A stretch of DNA of 64,000 nucleotides from Octopus vulgaris. Taxonomy: Eukaryota. Position numbers and translations under genes: made by a program. The notes beneath the pieces are model-generated. The model did not search any database. It saw only the letters and a list, made by a program, of their open reading frames with translations, and had not been told where the DNA came from. Every line of letters starts with the position of its first letter. Position 1 is the stretch's first letter. The stretch lies in the NCBI GenBank assembly GCA_951406725.2, contig OX597827.1, forward strand, positions 32,488,001-32,552,000. The letters are read 5' to 3'. Shown piece after piece: positions 23,885-38,195 of this stretch.

Positions 23885-24440
23885 GGGAAATATGCAAGCT
23901 GCTGAGTTGTAATAAGATGCCAAAGGCAGACGTGGATCGTTTTTATCTCCTCAGAGACCAAGGAGATCGAACCTTAATCCAATTTGAACTCTTCCACAAA
24001 ACCACCACCATTGGACTGGCCATGTATCTTGAAACAACCAACGATTGGATGCTAAAGCTCAATGAAAATCACGCGGCATAAGATGGTTCATTCTTTCATA
24101 AAGGGGGAAAGAGAAATTTACTGCTGATCTGATGGATGATATCGAAGCTGAACAACCCGAGGAAGTGCGGCAACTGTTGTTGCAAAGAATGTGATGTTAA
24201 TAGCCAAGAAAAAAACGCACGACCAATTGGGTGAGAGGTGGCGGGGGCAAATGTAGATCAGAAGCACACCCAGCGGCTACAGAGCTATAGGCTGACGGCG
24301 GAGAGCGAAGGCATCTTCTTAGTTGCTCAAGGTCAAAACTTATTGGCCCGGAACTACAGAGCCAATGTGAAGAAAAATAGAGTAAAACCAAAATGCCAAT
24401 TCTGCAATGATGTGATTGAAAGAGTGAACCACTTATAAGC
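23885..24440 (+). mobile_element. degenerate R4/Dong-like LINE fragment
   Basis: PKADVDRFYL, ESEGIFLVAQGQNLLARNY and CQFC..ERVNHL (CCHC knuckle). Confidence 0.7.
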
Positions 24441-24719
24441 AAAGCCGAAGATAGAGAGCTGGCAGAATCGTTACCGCATCTGATAAATTGCTTAGCGGCA
24501 TTTCATCTATTCTTACGTCCTAAGTTCAAATGTTGCCGGGATTGACTTTGCCTTTCACTTTTTCGGGATCGATAAAATAAGTACCAGTTGAGCACCGGGG
24601 TTGATGTAATCGACTTGACTCCTGCCCTGAAATTACTAGCCTGGGGTCACAATTTGAAACTAAAGTAAGCAAAGCCAATGTGGTTTGTGTTTATAAAATT
24701 ACCGCTATTTGAATTAACA

Positions 24720-25330
24720 ATTAGATTTATACATCTTCTATCGTGTGTTTCTTTTTGTGACACGTGTATGTTGTCTTCGAGTGTTAACATTGCGCTTTGC
24801 CATGAGCATTGCTTTCATCACCAATCTACTTTTAGGGAGAATTCTATAGGCTATAAATAGTTTGTCAACTAATGTTTGTAGCAACAAATTGTAATATTAC
24901 TTGCTGCACATGCAACAAGGAGCATTACAATTGTTCCTTGTTGCATGGTTGTGGCGAGCTGGTAGGAAAGTATCGTAATTGTGCGACCAATGCAATAGTC
25001 AGAGTCGTGAAGTTTACAACTTTCACGTCTGCAATCGGAATTATAAATCACATTGATTGTTACTAGCTTGCTCGTAGCTTTATGTGTTTGTGATTCGTTC
25101 GTACTCAGAAAGTTTTTAATCTTAATATTGTCGTCGTTTATTATTAATAATAGTACATTTTTTTAATGTTTTGTTTTTATAAGTTTCTAATGTGTCCCCG
25201 TATTGTTAGCGTGTGTTTCATTTGTGGTCTGTGGATTATTAATAGGCATAATGTCTGTGGCATTTGTTATGCCGTGTTTCTAATGCTGTATGGCTTGATT
25301 GAATACTTGTTAGAATGACAAGTGTAGATT
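24720..25330 (-). mobile_element. degenerate Penelope-like element fragment (GIY-YIG region)
   Basis: Minus-strand NVIYNSDCRRESC...YCIGRTITILSYQL...QQGTI resembles the PLE NVIY..C....C..YIG.T...LS.RL motif. Confidence 0.5.
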
Positions 25331-25979
25331 AGGGTTTTGTTTATTCTGTGAATTTCTCCATTTTGTCTTTATCTGGTTTGTGCAGAAGAATCTCAATGAT
25401 CTGAATAAAAGTAGATAGGAATACATTTGTAGACAGCGTTTTCTTGTTCTGCAGAATTCTCCACAAAAGTAGACGATTAATAACGGAAGAGATACTCATA
25501 ACAGTAACGCAATGCTGAAATAAACACGCAGGCGACATCATATGTTAGTCAAAACAAACAGTAAACACAGACTGATGACATATAAGTGTAAAGGTTATAA
25601 ATTTCAAATCCAGCGTTGATATCTACAGCATGGTTTTTTCAACCTTTTGTGACTCAGCACCCCAACTGGCGTTTCAAACGCTCCTCCCAATCATTTACAA
25701 AAAGAAAAATAAATAAACCACACACACACACACACTCGAGGTCATTTTAATCAAACAGAATTTAACTTTGCGCAGTGGTGCTATTTAGATTTTCTTCTCA
25801 TTATTCCATACATCATGTTCCTCCTTTGCGACGACTAATGACCTCATGTCATAAAAAGTTGAAGGAAATTACTTTAAAAACCAGGCGCGATTATATTGAG
25901 CCTTGACCGATCTTAACCTGAGCGGCAGCATCTCTTGCGTCCGTTTGAGGTCACCATGTTTCTGCTCACTTGTTATATT

Positions 25980-26585
25980 CTTTTCTACTCTAGGGCACAA
26001 GGTAAGAAATTTTGAGGGAGGGGCCCAGTCGATTATATCGACCCCAGTACGCAACTCGTACTTAATTTATCGAACCCGAAAGGATGAAAGGCAAAGTCGA
26101 CCTCGGTGGAATTTGAACTCAGAACGTAAAAACATGAAATACCGCTAAGCATTTCGCCGGGCGTGCTAACGTTTCTTATTTTTTTATTGCTCACAAGGGG
26201 CTAAACATAGAGGGGACAAACAAAGGGATTGAGGTGATTACATCGACTCCAGTGCGTAACTGGTACTTATTTAATCGACCCCGAAAGGATGAAAAGCAAA
26301 GTCGACCTCGGCGGAATTTGAACTCAGAACGTAGTGGCAGACGAAATACTTATTTCTTTACTACCCACATGGGGCTAAACACAGAGAGGACAAACAAGGA
26401 CAGACAGACGGATTAAGTCGATTATATCGACCCGAGTGCGTAACTGGTACTTAATTTACCGACCCCGAAAGGATGAAAGGCAAAGTCGACCTCGGCGGAA
26501 TTTGAACTCAGAACGTAACGCCAGACGAAATACCGCTAAGCATTTCGCCCGGCGTGCTAACGTTTCTGCCAGTTCCTCGCCGTCT
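25980..26585 (-). mobile_element. SINE family B trimeric composite
   Basis: Three copies of CCCGAAAGGATGAAAGGCAAAGTCGACCTCGGCGGAATTTGAACTCAGAACGTA. Confidence 0.85.
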
Positions 26586-26935
26586 TACTCATATTCTAAG
26601 TCAGATTAAGATATTTTTGAAATTATGTTTATAATACCAATATCGTACCGGGTTCAAATAGCGTCCGTTTGCGAGCTCGCAACCTCCTACACATACAAAC
26701 TTGCACACACGAGACGCTAGCGCCTGGGTTAAGAATCAGTGATTTATGCCGGTCGCACGGGCCCTTCCTACAATAAAGAAGCCGCAACAAACGCCAGTAA
26801 CATTTCATCCGGAACATATGACTCCGAAGGGAGCGATGGATTCCGATACCTCCGTGTCTTACACAATTTGCGACCAACACAAATATGAAAATGGAAAATG
26901 AAACGGATCAAACTAAGAGTGGTTCTTTTACTACA

Positions 26936-27005
<70 letters not shown>

Positions 27006-27750
27006 CCTTTCTCTTCTCCTCTCTCCCCTCTCACTCCTTCCTCTCCCCCCCGTATTTCTCTCCTCTCTCTCTCTTCTCTCACTCTCCCTGTTTCGGCGTT
27101 ATACTTGTCTCTTCTGTCAACTTGATCAAAGCCCATCGGTTTAAACCGAAGCAGCTATTAGCGTGAAAGAGCCGTTTTAGTCATTTAATAACACCCACTT
27201 CATTATTAAATTCACTTCAAGAAGTTCGCTTCCCATCCACAAGGTCCTGGCATCTTGGACAAATTCAAGTTTCATTTCCTTTTATCAGCCCGTACCTTAA
27301 TCACTGAAATTGAATAGAGGGAAACTATACGGAAGCCCGTTGAGTACGGGTGGACTGAACCTGTAATTCAAAAGGTACAGTATTTGTCATTCTGATTTTG
27401 CCTCTGGATTACTTCAATGATATATGTATCTGCGGAATACTCAGCTACTTAGACGTTAATTTACTGGGCAGGTAATTCAGTTGAGATCAAACAACTGAAT
27501 CCACATTGTCGAACGACGATCTACAATATATGTGTATACATGTGTGTGTGTAAATGTTGTATGTATATGTGTTTGTATGTGTATAAATGCTATATGTATG
27601 TGTGTATACATGCTGCGAGCGCATATGTATACCTATGTATGTACGCATAGACACAGATGCGTAGGTATAATTCTTGAAAAAATATTCCGAAACGTTTGTG
27701 TGTGTGTGTGTATTTTCTTCTTCCGTCTTCCTTTTCTATTGAACTTTCCT

Positions 27751-27788
27751 CTGTTCTGAAGAAGAGCGTCTGCTCGAAACGTAAAACC
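27751..27788 (+). ncRNA. minimal hammerhead-like motif (same family as 18955-18992)
   Basis: CTGTT CTGAAGA A GAGC-GTCT-GCTC GAAA CGTA AAACC. Canonical CUGANGA/GAAA/GUA, weak stem I. Confidence 0.5.
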
Positions 27789-27895
27789 ACTTTTCTTTCC
27801 TTCCCTGAGCGTCTGCTAATACTTTACCACGTCCTCGCGTTGTTTTCTTTTTTTGTGTTTGCTTTTCGTTTTTTTTATTTACTATATATAAATAC

Positions 27896-27955
<60 letters not shown>

Positions 27956-28589
27956 GCGCGTGAAGGCCTTTTTGTTTGAGTAGGCAAAACAGGCAGTGGG
28001 CACTACCTACCGTGACTAAATCTATAAATATTAATTATCAATTATAGAAAATAAATGATTTTTAATGCATTATAAAAAATGCTAATTTAATGCATGAAAT
28101 TCAGTATAGAATTCGGTAAATGACTGCCATTTTGATGTTAGAATGGCACAATTTCCGATGCTTTCATCTTTAATGTTTATATTAATGCTAATGAAATTAA
28201 TCCCACGTGCCACGTTTGAAGACGAAGAAAGGAGTTATCATAGCGGAGACAGGAATCAAACTATCTCCGCGCTCAGAGAGAGAGAGGGAGAGGGAAGAAA
28301 GAGAGAGAGAGAGAGAGAGAGAGACTGTGTGTGTGTTTGTGTTTTGCATGACGTGTTTGTTTTATCAGCAATGGTTCAGTTAACTCTAAAGGATATTATT
28401 ATTGTATGTGTGTATAAAATAGCAATAATGAACGTGTGTGGGTGGGTGGGTAGGTGTCGGGGGGGTATGTCTATGTGTACATAGAATGGTTTATGCAATG
28501 CATACATACATGTATATATACAATACAATAATGCTTGTTTGTTTACAAGCGTATGTACAATTCTTGAAAAACTATTCCGAAACATGTGT

Positions 28590-28608
28590 TTGTATGTATG
28601 TATGTATG

Positions 28609-28673
<65 letters not shown>

Positions 28674-28699
28674 ATTTATACATGCATATATATATACGC

Positions 28700-28731
<32 letters not shown>

Positions 28732-28732
28732 G

Positions 28733-28793
<61 letters not shown>

Positions 28794-28894
28794 GTATGTA
28801 TATATATACATATATATATGTATGTATATATATACATATATATATATATACGTATATATATGTATGTATATATATACATATATATATATGTATA

Positions 28895-28960
<66 letters not shown>
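28590..28960. repeat. compound microsatellite (CT/TA/TG/TATG)
   Basis: Direct inspection. Similar tracts at 26938-27002 (CT), 41977-42160 (ACAT/CA), 44265-44350 and 58435-58500 (GATA), 47627-47803 (TATG), 58965-59340 (TA/TG). Confidence 0.95.
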
Positions 28961-28961
<1 letters not shown>

Positions 28962-29495
28962 CAAGTAGCTGCGTTGTAAACTATATATATACGTGTGTGT
29001 GTGTGTATTCAAATTTATACTGCAAGAAGATGGAATAAACAGGTTTTAATTACAAATTACAACATTCGTTTCTGTGCAGTAGTAACAGCTGCAAGTTGCT
29101 GAGTTTCCCATATGATATTACATAAGTCATCTTATAAATAATTACACAAATACGTATGATCCAACAACAGCTGTACGCCGGCACTTCATTATGTAGGTTG
29201 CTTTTAAAACACGCATTTGGACAGAGGGTTGAGGGACAGAGAAGAGGAATTGAGAGAGAGAGAGAGTTGTCAGTTTGGCTGAAAAGTTTCGAGCGACTGC
29301 TTCAAGAAACTAGAGACGTTTCATTGTAATCGTCGCTCGTCTTTTGACAATTCTAGCTTCCAGTGTCAGGGCGCCACTTGTGGCATTTAATAAAAAAAAC
29401 ACTTCTAAAACAAGTGCAGACCATCAAAGAACTCCCACACTCACAATTTATACCACCATCGCCACCACAACCACCACCGCCACTACTGCCACTCA

Positions 29496-29543
<48 letters not shown>

Positions 29544-30293
29544 TTAACCACTTCTCCCGCTACCCCACCCACTACACACCCTCTTTTCTTCCTTTTTAAT
29601 TAATCAACACTCGCTATCTAATTGAGAAAATTTCTTCCTTCTGTTTATGCCGTTGACATCTTTGCAAGATCTGAGAGAAAAGGGAATTTAGTGTGAATGG
29701 CGCAGAGGTGGGTGCCCGTGGCAATGGCACTTCAAAGTTCACTTCGTCTTTCTCTTTTTCCTTTCTCTTCTCTTTCTCACCCTCACTCACTCTTACTCTT
29801 ACCTTTCCTCTGTTTATTTTTCTCTCTCTCTTTCTCCCTGTGTCTCTCACTTTTTCTTCCCCACTGTCTTTTTATCACTCCTTCTCCTTTCTTTCTGCAA
29901 CTTTCTTTCTCTTTCTCTCTCTCCCCCTCTCTATTTCTCTGTGTCTTTCTCACTCTCTCGTAAAGCGATAGAGACGAAGGGGGCGGGGAATATGATTTAC
30001 GACTTCCTGTGTCCGTTTCTGGAAACTTCTCAATTAAACAAAAACACGTATTCAACTTCTAAAATATAAGACAAGTTTAACAGAGTGACAACGGCGGCGG
30101 CGGAGGTGATAGTAGTAGCAACAGTAGTAGTAGTAGTAGTAGTAGTAATCGTGCTGGTGCTGGGTTTGGTTGGGGCAAAGAAGCCTTTAAGTCGGTGAAC
30201 GTAAAAAAAAATAGCTATGACATTTAATACAAACCCATGTATATGTGTGTGTGTATGTATATATATATGTGTGTGTGTGTGTGTATGTATATG

Positions 30294-30348
<55 letters not shown>

Positions 30349-30434
30349 GTGTGTGTATTTACAGATAGTTAGATAGATATACATACATAAACACTACACA
30401 TGCATGTGTGTCTATGTGAGCACTCGCGCGCGTG

Positions 30435-30491
<57 letters not shown>

Positions 30492-32149
30492 ATATATATA
30501 TGCAGACTTTGCGTACGCGTAACATAATTTTGTCTTTTAGTCTGAGACACACATACCGATAAAACAAGCGAGAAGCACACAAACAATAAGTATCATGCAC
30601 AATCACTGGAACACAAGTGACGTTTCAAACATGATGTCCACACAACACACACAGACACATTGACACAAAAAGAGTTGATATTACACATACAAACTTACTC
30701 CACAAACGCATGTCCACACCAACATTTGAACAACTCCCCTTTTTATATTTTGGGTAATTAGTCATCGACTACATACACACATACATCCATCCATACACAC
30801 GTACATACACATATACACACACATACATATACACACATACACACACATATTTACATACATATACACTCATAGAAATGCATGCATACATACATATACACAT
30901 ACATGCATACATACTTATACACTTTCATAGAAATACATGTATGCATACAGACAGACGCATATACACATACATACATATTTACATACATACTTATAAACTC
31001 AAAAATACATGTATGCATATATAGAGAGAGACAGACATGCACACACGCACACATACATATATGCATGCATGCATGCAGCATATTGGATATATGCATGCCT
31101 ACATACTACAGTCATATGTACGTACGTATATTACCTACGTACCATCTTACATTACATATACAAGATTTACGAGAATGTTGGCGGGAGACGACAATAACCG
31201 GTCATCTAATTGCTTTTGAACAGAAACTGAGGGCGATAAGCGAAAAACTTTATTATCACAAGAAATTCCAAGAATGTAGTACTGTCAATCGTAAGTTTGC
31301 AGTAAATTCACAAGAGGTATCAGGGCTGGTCCCAGGAATTTTTGGAAGGGAGAGCACAACGTCAGAAGGGAATACACTTCCAGGAGAAAAGGGCGTAATA
31401 ACATGATTTAGAAGGGCGCACTTCTTTTCTTGAAGGTGTACGTGCTCCTCAGGCCACCCCACTTGTGTCCGCCCCTGGGTATCTTGCCGTATGAAAGGCC
31501 ATATCAACGTCGTAAAAGACCCTCTCCATAATTATTTTGTTGAGGGAACTGGAATCTGAACAAAACACGCATTTGTAATGCGACGTGATTAAAGGTGCTC
31601 GGAAGTGAATCCTGTGAAAAGTCTCTGCCGTAACAGTATATCATCGGTGAAACCCCAACCCTAACGGTTCTTACAAAACTGCGGAACGGAAAATCGCCTG
31701 CGTGAGACCTGAAAGTCAGTTATTAATTAATACAGGAAGCGCACATTCTACAGGCCAGTTATTCTTTTCCACTCTAGGCAAAAGGCCCGAAATTTTTTTT
31801 GTGGTAGGGGGTTGGACAGTCAATTAGATCGACCCAGTACGCAACTGGTACTTAATTTATCAACCCCGAAACGATCAAAGGCAAAGTCGATCTCGGCGGA
31901 ATTTGAACTCAGAACGTAAAGATAGACGAAATACTGCTAAGCATTTCGTCCGGCGTGCTAACGTTTCTGCCAGCTCGCCCCCTTTTCGAAAGAACAATGA
32001 ATGCTGAACTCAACGTAGCTAAAAGCCAAGAGGTGCATCTGACCAGAACCTACAGGTCCATAGTATAGTCGGATGTTATGTATAAGCTATACACAGGTCA
32101 CTTGACTATATTCCTCCAAGGTCACAGCGAAACACACAATATGGTGAGT

Positions 32150-32640
32150 GGTAGGGAGGTGGCAGAAGGAAAGGAGTTTGGGATTGTACCAAACAGCTCC
32201 TTATCAACAAACTTATCCTTAAGGAAGCGAAGCAGCACTGCTGAAGTCTGCTGAATGTATGGTTAAACTATGAGAAGGCGTTTGACTTTGATCTTCGCTC
32301 ATGGATAACAGAGCCAAGATTCCAACTGTTATAACCGACACCGTTAAGAGACTGACGACAACATAGTCCACAGAATTATCGAGAACTAAAATTATTACTA
32401 AAGTCACTAACTGATTTTGACTATCAATAGGAATATTACAGAGTGTTAGCATTGAAACTCTTGTCAGCCATGTTATAATATAACGGCTGCATGACGGGAT
32501 CTGTAGAGGAGAGAAAAGTTAATGTCCTGCACAGCGGTTTTGTTGATGACCTGAAGCTGACCTTGAGTAATGTTCACGATACCAAGAGACAGAACGGGTC
32601 ACAACATTAGCAGGAATATAGTAATGGAATTTGGTCAGGA
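32150..32640 (+). mobile_element. highly decayed non-LTR RT remnant
   Basis: YEKAFD and FVDDLKL motifs in the expected order. Confidence 0.4.
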
Positions 32641-32659
32641 TAACTGGTCGTATTTGTCA

Positions 32660-33053
32660 GAGCTGGCAGAAACGTAAGCACACCGGGTGAAATACTTAGC
32701 GGTATTTCGTCTGCCGCTACGTTCTGAGTTCAAATTCCGCCGAGGTCGACTTTGCCTTTCATCCTTTCGGGGTCGATAAATTAAGTACCAGTTACGCACT
32801 GGAGTCGATGTAATCGACTTAATACCTATGTCTGTCCTTGTTTGTCCCTTCTGTGTTTAGCCCCTTGTGGGTAATAAAGAAATAGGTATTTCGTCTGTCT
32901 TTACGTTCTGAGTTCAAATTCTGCCGAGGTCGACTTTGCCTTTCATCCTTTCGGGATCGATAAATTAAATATCAGTTGCGTACAGGGGTCGGTCGATCTA
33001 ATCGACTGGCTCCCTCCCCCAAAATTTCGGGCCTTGTGCCTAGAGCAAAGAAG
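32660..33053 (+). mobile_element. SINE family B dimer
   Basis: Head GAGCTGGCAGAAACGT..GAGTTCAAATTCC plus two Nin-like domains. Confidence 0.85.
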
Positions 33054-33093
33054 ATTTGGCAGTCAAAAAAGGAATGATTGTCGACTAGTGGTC

Positions 33094-33473
33094 TCTTTTA
33101 CGTTTCACTCATTTGACTGCTGTCATACTGGAGCACCGCATTCAGTCGACCAAATCGACCCCAGGACTTATTCTTTGTAAGCCTAGCACTTATTCTATTG
33201 GTCACTTTTGCCGAACCGCTAAGTTTCGGGGACACAAACACACCAACAACGGTTGTCAAGCGATGGTGGAAGGACAAACACAGACACAAACGCACACGTG
33301 CACACACAAACACTACAGGCTTCTTTCAGTTTCCGTCTACCAAATCCACTCACAAGGCTTTGGTCGGCCCGTGGCTATAGTAGAAGACACTCGCCCAAGG
33401 TGCCAGCAGTGGGACTGAATCCGGAACCATGTGCTTAGTAAGCAAGATTCTTACCATACAGCCACAGCTACGC
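33094..33473 (-). mobile_element. SINE family A
   Basis: Head and tail match. Confidence 0.85.
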
Positions 33474-35302
33474 CTATCTCTCCTATCTCTAATGAAGAAT
33501 CTCACAAATATCACGGAACTGACGAGAATCTCGCATAAACTGAGGCTGCGACTACAGAAGATATGAAAATTACAGTTGCTTTGCATTCCATAAACCCATA
33601 TTCTTGAATGCTTTCGCGCTGCCATAGCTAATACCAATATTTGGGGTACTCGATTAGATGCTTGAAGTAATCTGCACCTTGGACATCAAGACAAGAACGA
33701 ATCTTACGTCTATGTAACTTCCACAATTAACAATGTGAAGACCTGAAAAACGTACTTAGCTCGGGTTGCATAATTCAGTCGTCATGTTCATGAAATACGC
33801 GTAAACTGACGTGATTAGATCATTTATGAAGAAACGCCATAGCATTGCCTTTTCTTAATGTTCTCTGCGATCTTTCTATTTCTGGAGACCAAAGAAAGGA
33901 AACTCAGACTAGAACACGTGACTTCTCTTCTCAGTTTTCTCTTTCGATTTATAAGAATGTGCAGAATTCTAAATAATGGTTAAATTGCCCTATCCACTTA
34001 TATATACATGTGTGTGTGACATTTTGTCCTTGACCTTCAATATAATAACACCAACCGCAATCGTCTCTTGCATCTTTTCACTCTGAAGTGTCCAACGGAC
34101 AGCTGTTTCCTTCGACATCAAACATTTTATTTTGATATTTCCTTTCGTAGGATGGAATTTCATCTTATTTGCCTCGGACTGTGTGCGGTGATGGTGGCGG
34201 CTGTGACGGAGGCGGCGGCGGCGGTGGCATGGGCGGTGGAGGTGGTGTAGTCTATTTTTTTGTTTTTCTTTTTGCAGAAAAGTTATGATATATTTACATT
34301 TTTTCCCCCATAGAAATGTTATGCCATATATTTGGATTTAATTATATTTAATTTCTTTAAATTCATTTACTAATTCTAGAGTGAAAAGTCATTCATATTT
34401 TCTTGCTCGTGTCTTCTCTATAAAGTCTTTTGTAGCAGTAGTTTGTGTCATTTTGTTAGAGCTATGTCTCACCCACAGGAAAACATTTTCCCCCCTGCTG
34501 TATATCTTTATATATCCCGTATGGACAGCTTTCGTTTTTCTATACATATGGATAAAGAAGGACTATTGAAACAGAGGGAAACAACAACTATAAACGGAGA
34601 AGAAGCCATCGACAAATAAAAAAAAATTATTGAGAAAAACGGCGAAACACAAAACTTTAAAAGACGACGTCATAAGAATTGGAGAATTGTAACGTTTAGC
34701 GAAGGAGTTGGCAGGTTAGGGTTAGGGTAAACCCTTTTGCAAGGAATGCTCCAAGAGAAAATAATAGGCAGCAGTAATTAGTGAGTATTAAGAGACAGTA
34801 TTGCAGGAATTGTTCGAAAATTCTTTTCTACTCTAGGCACAAAGCCCGAAATTTTGGGGGACGAGGATAGTCGATTAGATCGACACCAATACGCAATTCG
34901 TACTTAATTTATCGACCCCAAAAGGATGAGAGGCAAAGTCGACCTCGGCGGAATTAAGGCAGCAAGATGACGGAAACGTTAATACACCGAGTAGAATCTT
35001 ATGTTTTGAGGTCAAATTCCGCCGACGTCAACTTTGCCTTTCATCCTTTGGTGGTCGGTAAAATAAGTTGATTTTTTTATTTCCCACAAGAGGACAACAT
35101 GAAATAAGTACCAGCTGAGCACTGGGGTCGATGTAATTGACTTATCCACCTCGGGCAAAACTGATGCCGTAATCTCTTTTAGAGAGACTTAGTAATTTGA
35201 ATATTTCTATTATTGAAAACAAGTGGATGTATTCCACCGAAACTAGGTAAATAAAACCTTCGAACAGAGACGATCAGTGGCGACACCTGCTGGGTCGACT
35301 AC

Positions 35303-35345
35303 GCTACATTGACAAAGGGCAAATACCCTGAAACGCGTCTGTAGC
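35303..35345 (+). ncRNA. Penelope-type minimal hammerhead-like motif
   Basis: GCTACA TTGACAA AGGG-CAAATA-CCCT GAAA CGCGTC TGTAGC. Perfect 6-bp stem I, palindromic ACGCGT helix III, GUC site; core differs from CTGACGA at two positions. Confidence 0.7.
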
Positions 35346-35592
35346 AGTGTGAAGCGGCTGACCTCCATTGTTCGAAGGTTATAATGGACACAGTTTGTGT
35401 GTCAAATAGCTATCTTAAGGCGATGGCCTCATGGAGCTAATCAGCGACAGCTTTTAGTCTTATATCTATAAGACTGCCATATTAATATGGCGATAACAAT
35501 TAATATATATACTTTATTTAAAGCATATTACTCTACCACTGGTATTTGAGTACTCTTTTTTCCACCTTGTTTCACATTTATGTGTTTACTCC

Positions 35593-35660
<68 letters not shown>

Positions 35661-38089
35661 ACACACACATACACACTTATGTATGCACATAATTAAAAAT
35701 AAAACCAATTTAATGATTTTATCAAGTGACCAGCGTGTAATAAAACCATACAGGTAACAATTTATACTAATATATAATTATCCAAATATAATTAAAGGTT
35801 GCGGATAAAACCCCACCAACACGCCAGAAATAGACGCCATATGGCTCTAAAAATCACATCAACACTGATTGCATAGGTTGTAAGCAAGCAGATGAATAAA
35901 TGAGATTTTTTAAAAAAGGGTTAATTATAGATCGACTTCTGGCTTAGGGATGTAAAACACACACACACACACACACACACGATGTGTGTGTGTGCGCGCG
36001 AGAGAGAGTGATTCAAACGTACAGTAAACAAAAGGCAGAGACAAGTGAGGGAACAACAAGCAGGTGTAATAGTTTGAAGAATGGAAGGTGAATGTATGTA
36101 TCTATGCATGCACGCACACACATTTATATACATATGTGTATATATGTATATACATACGTACATACATTTATATTTATATGTATGTATATATATATATATG
36201 TATATATTTACATATATATATATATGTATATATTTACATATATATACATGTGTGTATGTGTGTATTTGTGTGTGTATGGCTATTGTAATTTTTCCAGTCA
36301 AGTATTTCGGTAATGTGATCAAGTGAAGCAGAGAAAGTAGGCTTAAAGACATCTGTGTGTGGTTTTGGTGGTGGGTTGTATTGTGCTGTTGAGTCACTTC
36401 TCTTTCAATGGCATCCAGCTATCCATCATGCTACCACAGCTGGCCTATTTCTCTTTACAGACATCAGTGTTTAGAATGTCTTGTAATACGGTGTCATTTT
36501 ACAAGTCTGCGACATCGTGGAAGAACGACGACAATCTATTACTACTGTGCCCTAAATATGTTTTAATATCCACCCATACAACAACAAGAACAAAAGGAAC
36601 AACCGAATCGTTACACATTTGGAATGATTAAAGCAAACAAAAGGTGTGTGTGTGTGTTACAACGGTACACCGTGTAACACTGACATGAAATTTGAACTCG
36701 ATGACTCAGAAATCGGATGTATCATTTAACACCTTCAGCTCACCCGAAAGCAGGTTTTATAACAAGATCTAGATCTACTTTGTTGCCATAGATTCACAGG
36801 ATAACTCCCAACATCTACTCTGCTCCCCAACATCTAGTCTCGAATGCTCTGATAGCAGCCACAGGTGTTGGTTGGTTTTTCTGCTCTACGCCATTAAAAA
36901 TTGGACAAAGGAAAAATGTTTCTCTAACCAAAGACTTCTATTGATGCCAACTCACCTTAGACCGCTCCCGATTCTATGATGCAAAATGTTCCTGCTATAA
37001 AGAGTCCTACAATAAAAGTTTTCACCAAAATTTCGAGTTAATTTATGTCCTAAACATCAGATTAATAATGACTAAGTTATCTTACTAAATTCTTCAATAT
37101 ATTCAAAATTAATTGGAACAGAGGCAATGTATTTCAGTGCAAACATGGGAATAAAATGATTAAATTAGTTTTCCCACGGATCGCTTACTGTTTTGAAAGA
37201 TCTGGCCTACTCCATAAATTTTAAATTCAACTCACGTCTCCACCAATGCTACCTTGGTGGATTTTTTTCCCAGTCCTCCAGGGCTTGTAGACGCCAGACT
37301 GGGGATCTCTGAGCTATTGTATTTATTCAGCCATTGTACCTATTCTAATCTTTACCTACTTTAATTTTTAAGGTTTCAGTTATGTCAATAGGTGTTATCC
37401 TGTAGTGAGCGCTGCGTAGCGAGAAGAGAGTTTCCGGCAAGCCAAACGCCTGTAACAATAAGGAATGGTTAAAATGAACGTGAACGGTAATCTTCAGGTT
37501 TAGTTGATTGACTGTTTTAATGTTACGTATTTATAATGAACACGACTGTTCCAGGAAAAGAAAACCAAGTTAAGCTAACGATTATTGTTCAGGGAGAAGC
37601 TAGAAATAGGTTTGTGGAAGTGGTGAGATGCTAGTCAAATCCTCTTTTACTATGTCCTCAGACCTAATCTCTTTTATTGAGCCCCAAAATAATCTGGCTT
37701 GACAGATATATGATGAGACACATCACTCGAAAATCCGCGATGAGTTTCTTATAATTTGATTGGCCCTATTTTTGCTAACGTCATCTCTAAATTTGAAAGA
37801 ACCTGTTTGTTGATGCACATTTCATAGGCAAAGAAAACAGTCGGTTCCAAAACTGAGACAGACAGCTTCTCTCAGTTGATGAAAATTAATTTATGTTTAA
37901 TTTTATAACCGAACTATTTTATAAATCAACTCCCAGTTGATTTGCTGTGTTTCTGATGGTAACATTGACAAGGAAGTATTTGTAGGTTAGCCTCAATTTG
38001 GGGAAGGGGTGGCAGCGAACTAACAGACTCATTGGAGTGTAGAAGAAAAACACTCCCTGCAGTTTTTGTTCTGAATCCTTATGTTCTAA

Positions 38090-38133
<44 letters not shown>

Positions 38134-38146
38134 ACACACACATACA

Positions 38147-38195
<49 letters not shown>

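Noticed and set aside
28113-28158. Short imperfect hairpin as a miRNA precursor
   Set aside because: Only about 46 nt with a tiny loop and no recognisable mature miRNA.
28438-29038. Long ORFs rich in YI/CV/HT/LS repeats (also near 36000, 38000, 42000, 47000 and 59000)
   Set aside because: These are translations of dinucleotide and tetranucleotide microsatellites that lack stop codons, not genes.
31150-31740. GC-richer stretch with a 175-aa ORF
   Set aside because: The first half of the ORF is microsatellite-derived and the rest has no motif I can recognise.
34716-34727. Telomeric TTAGGG repeats (also degenerate near 57061-57110)
   Set aside because: Only two units; too short to call an interstitial telomere.
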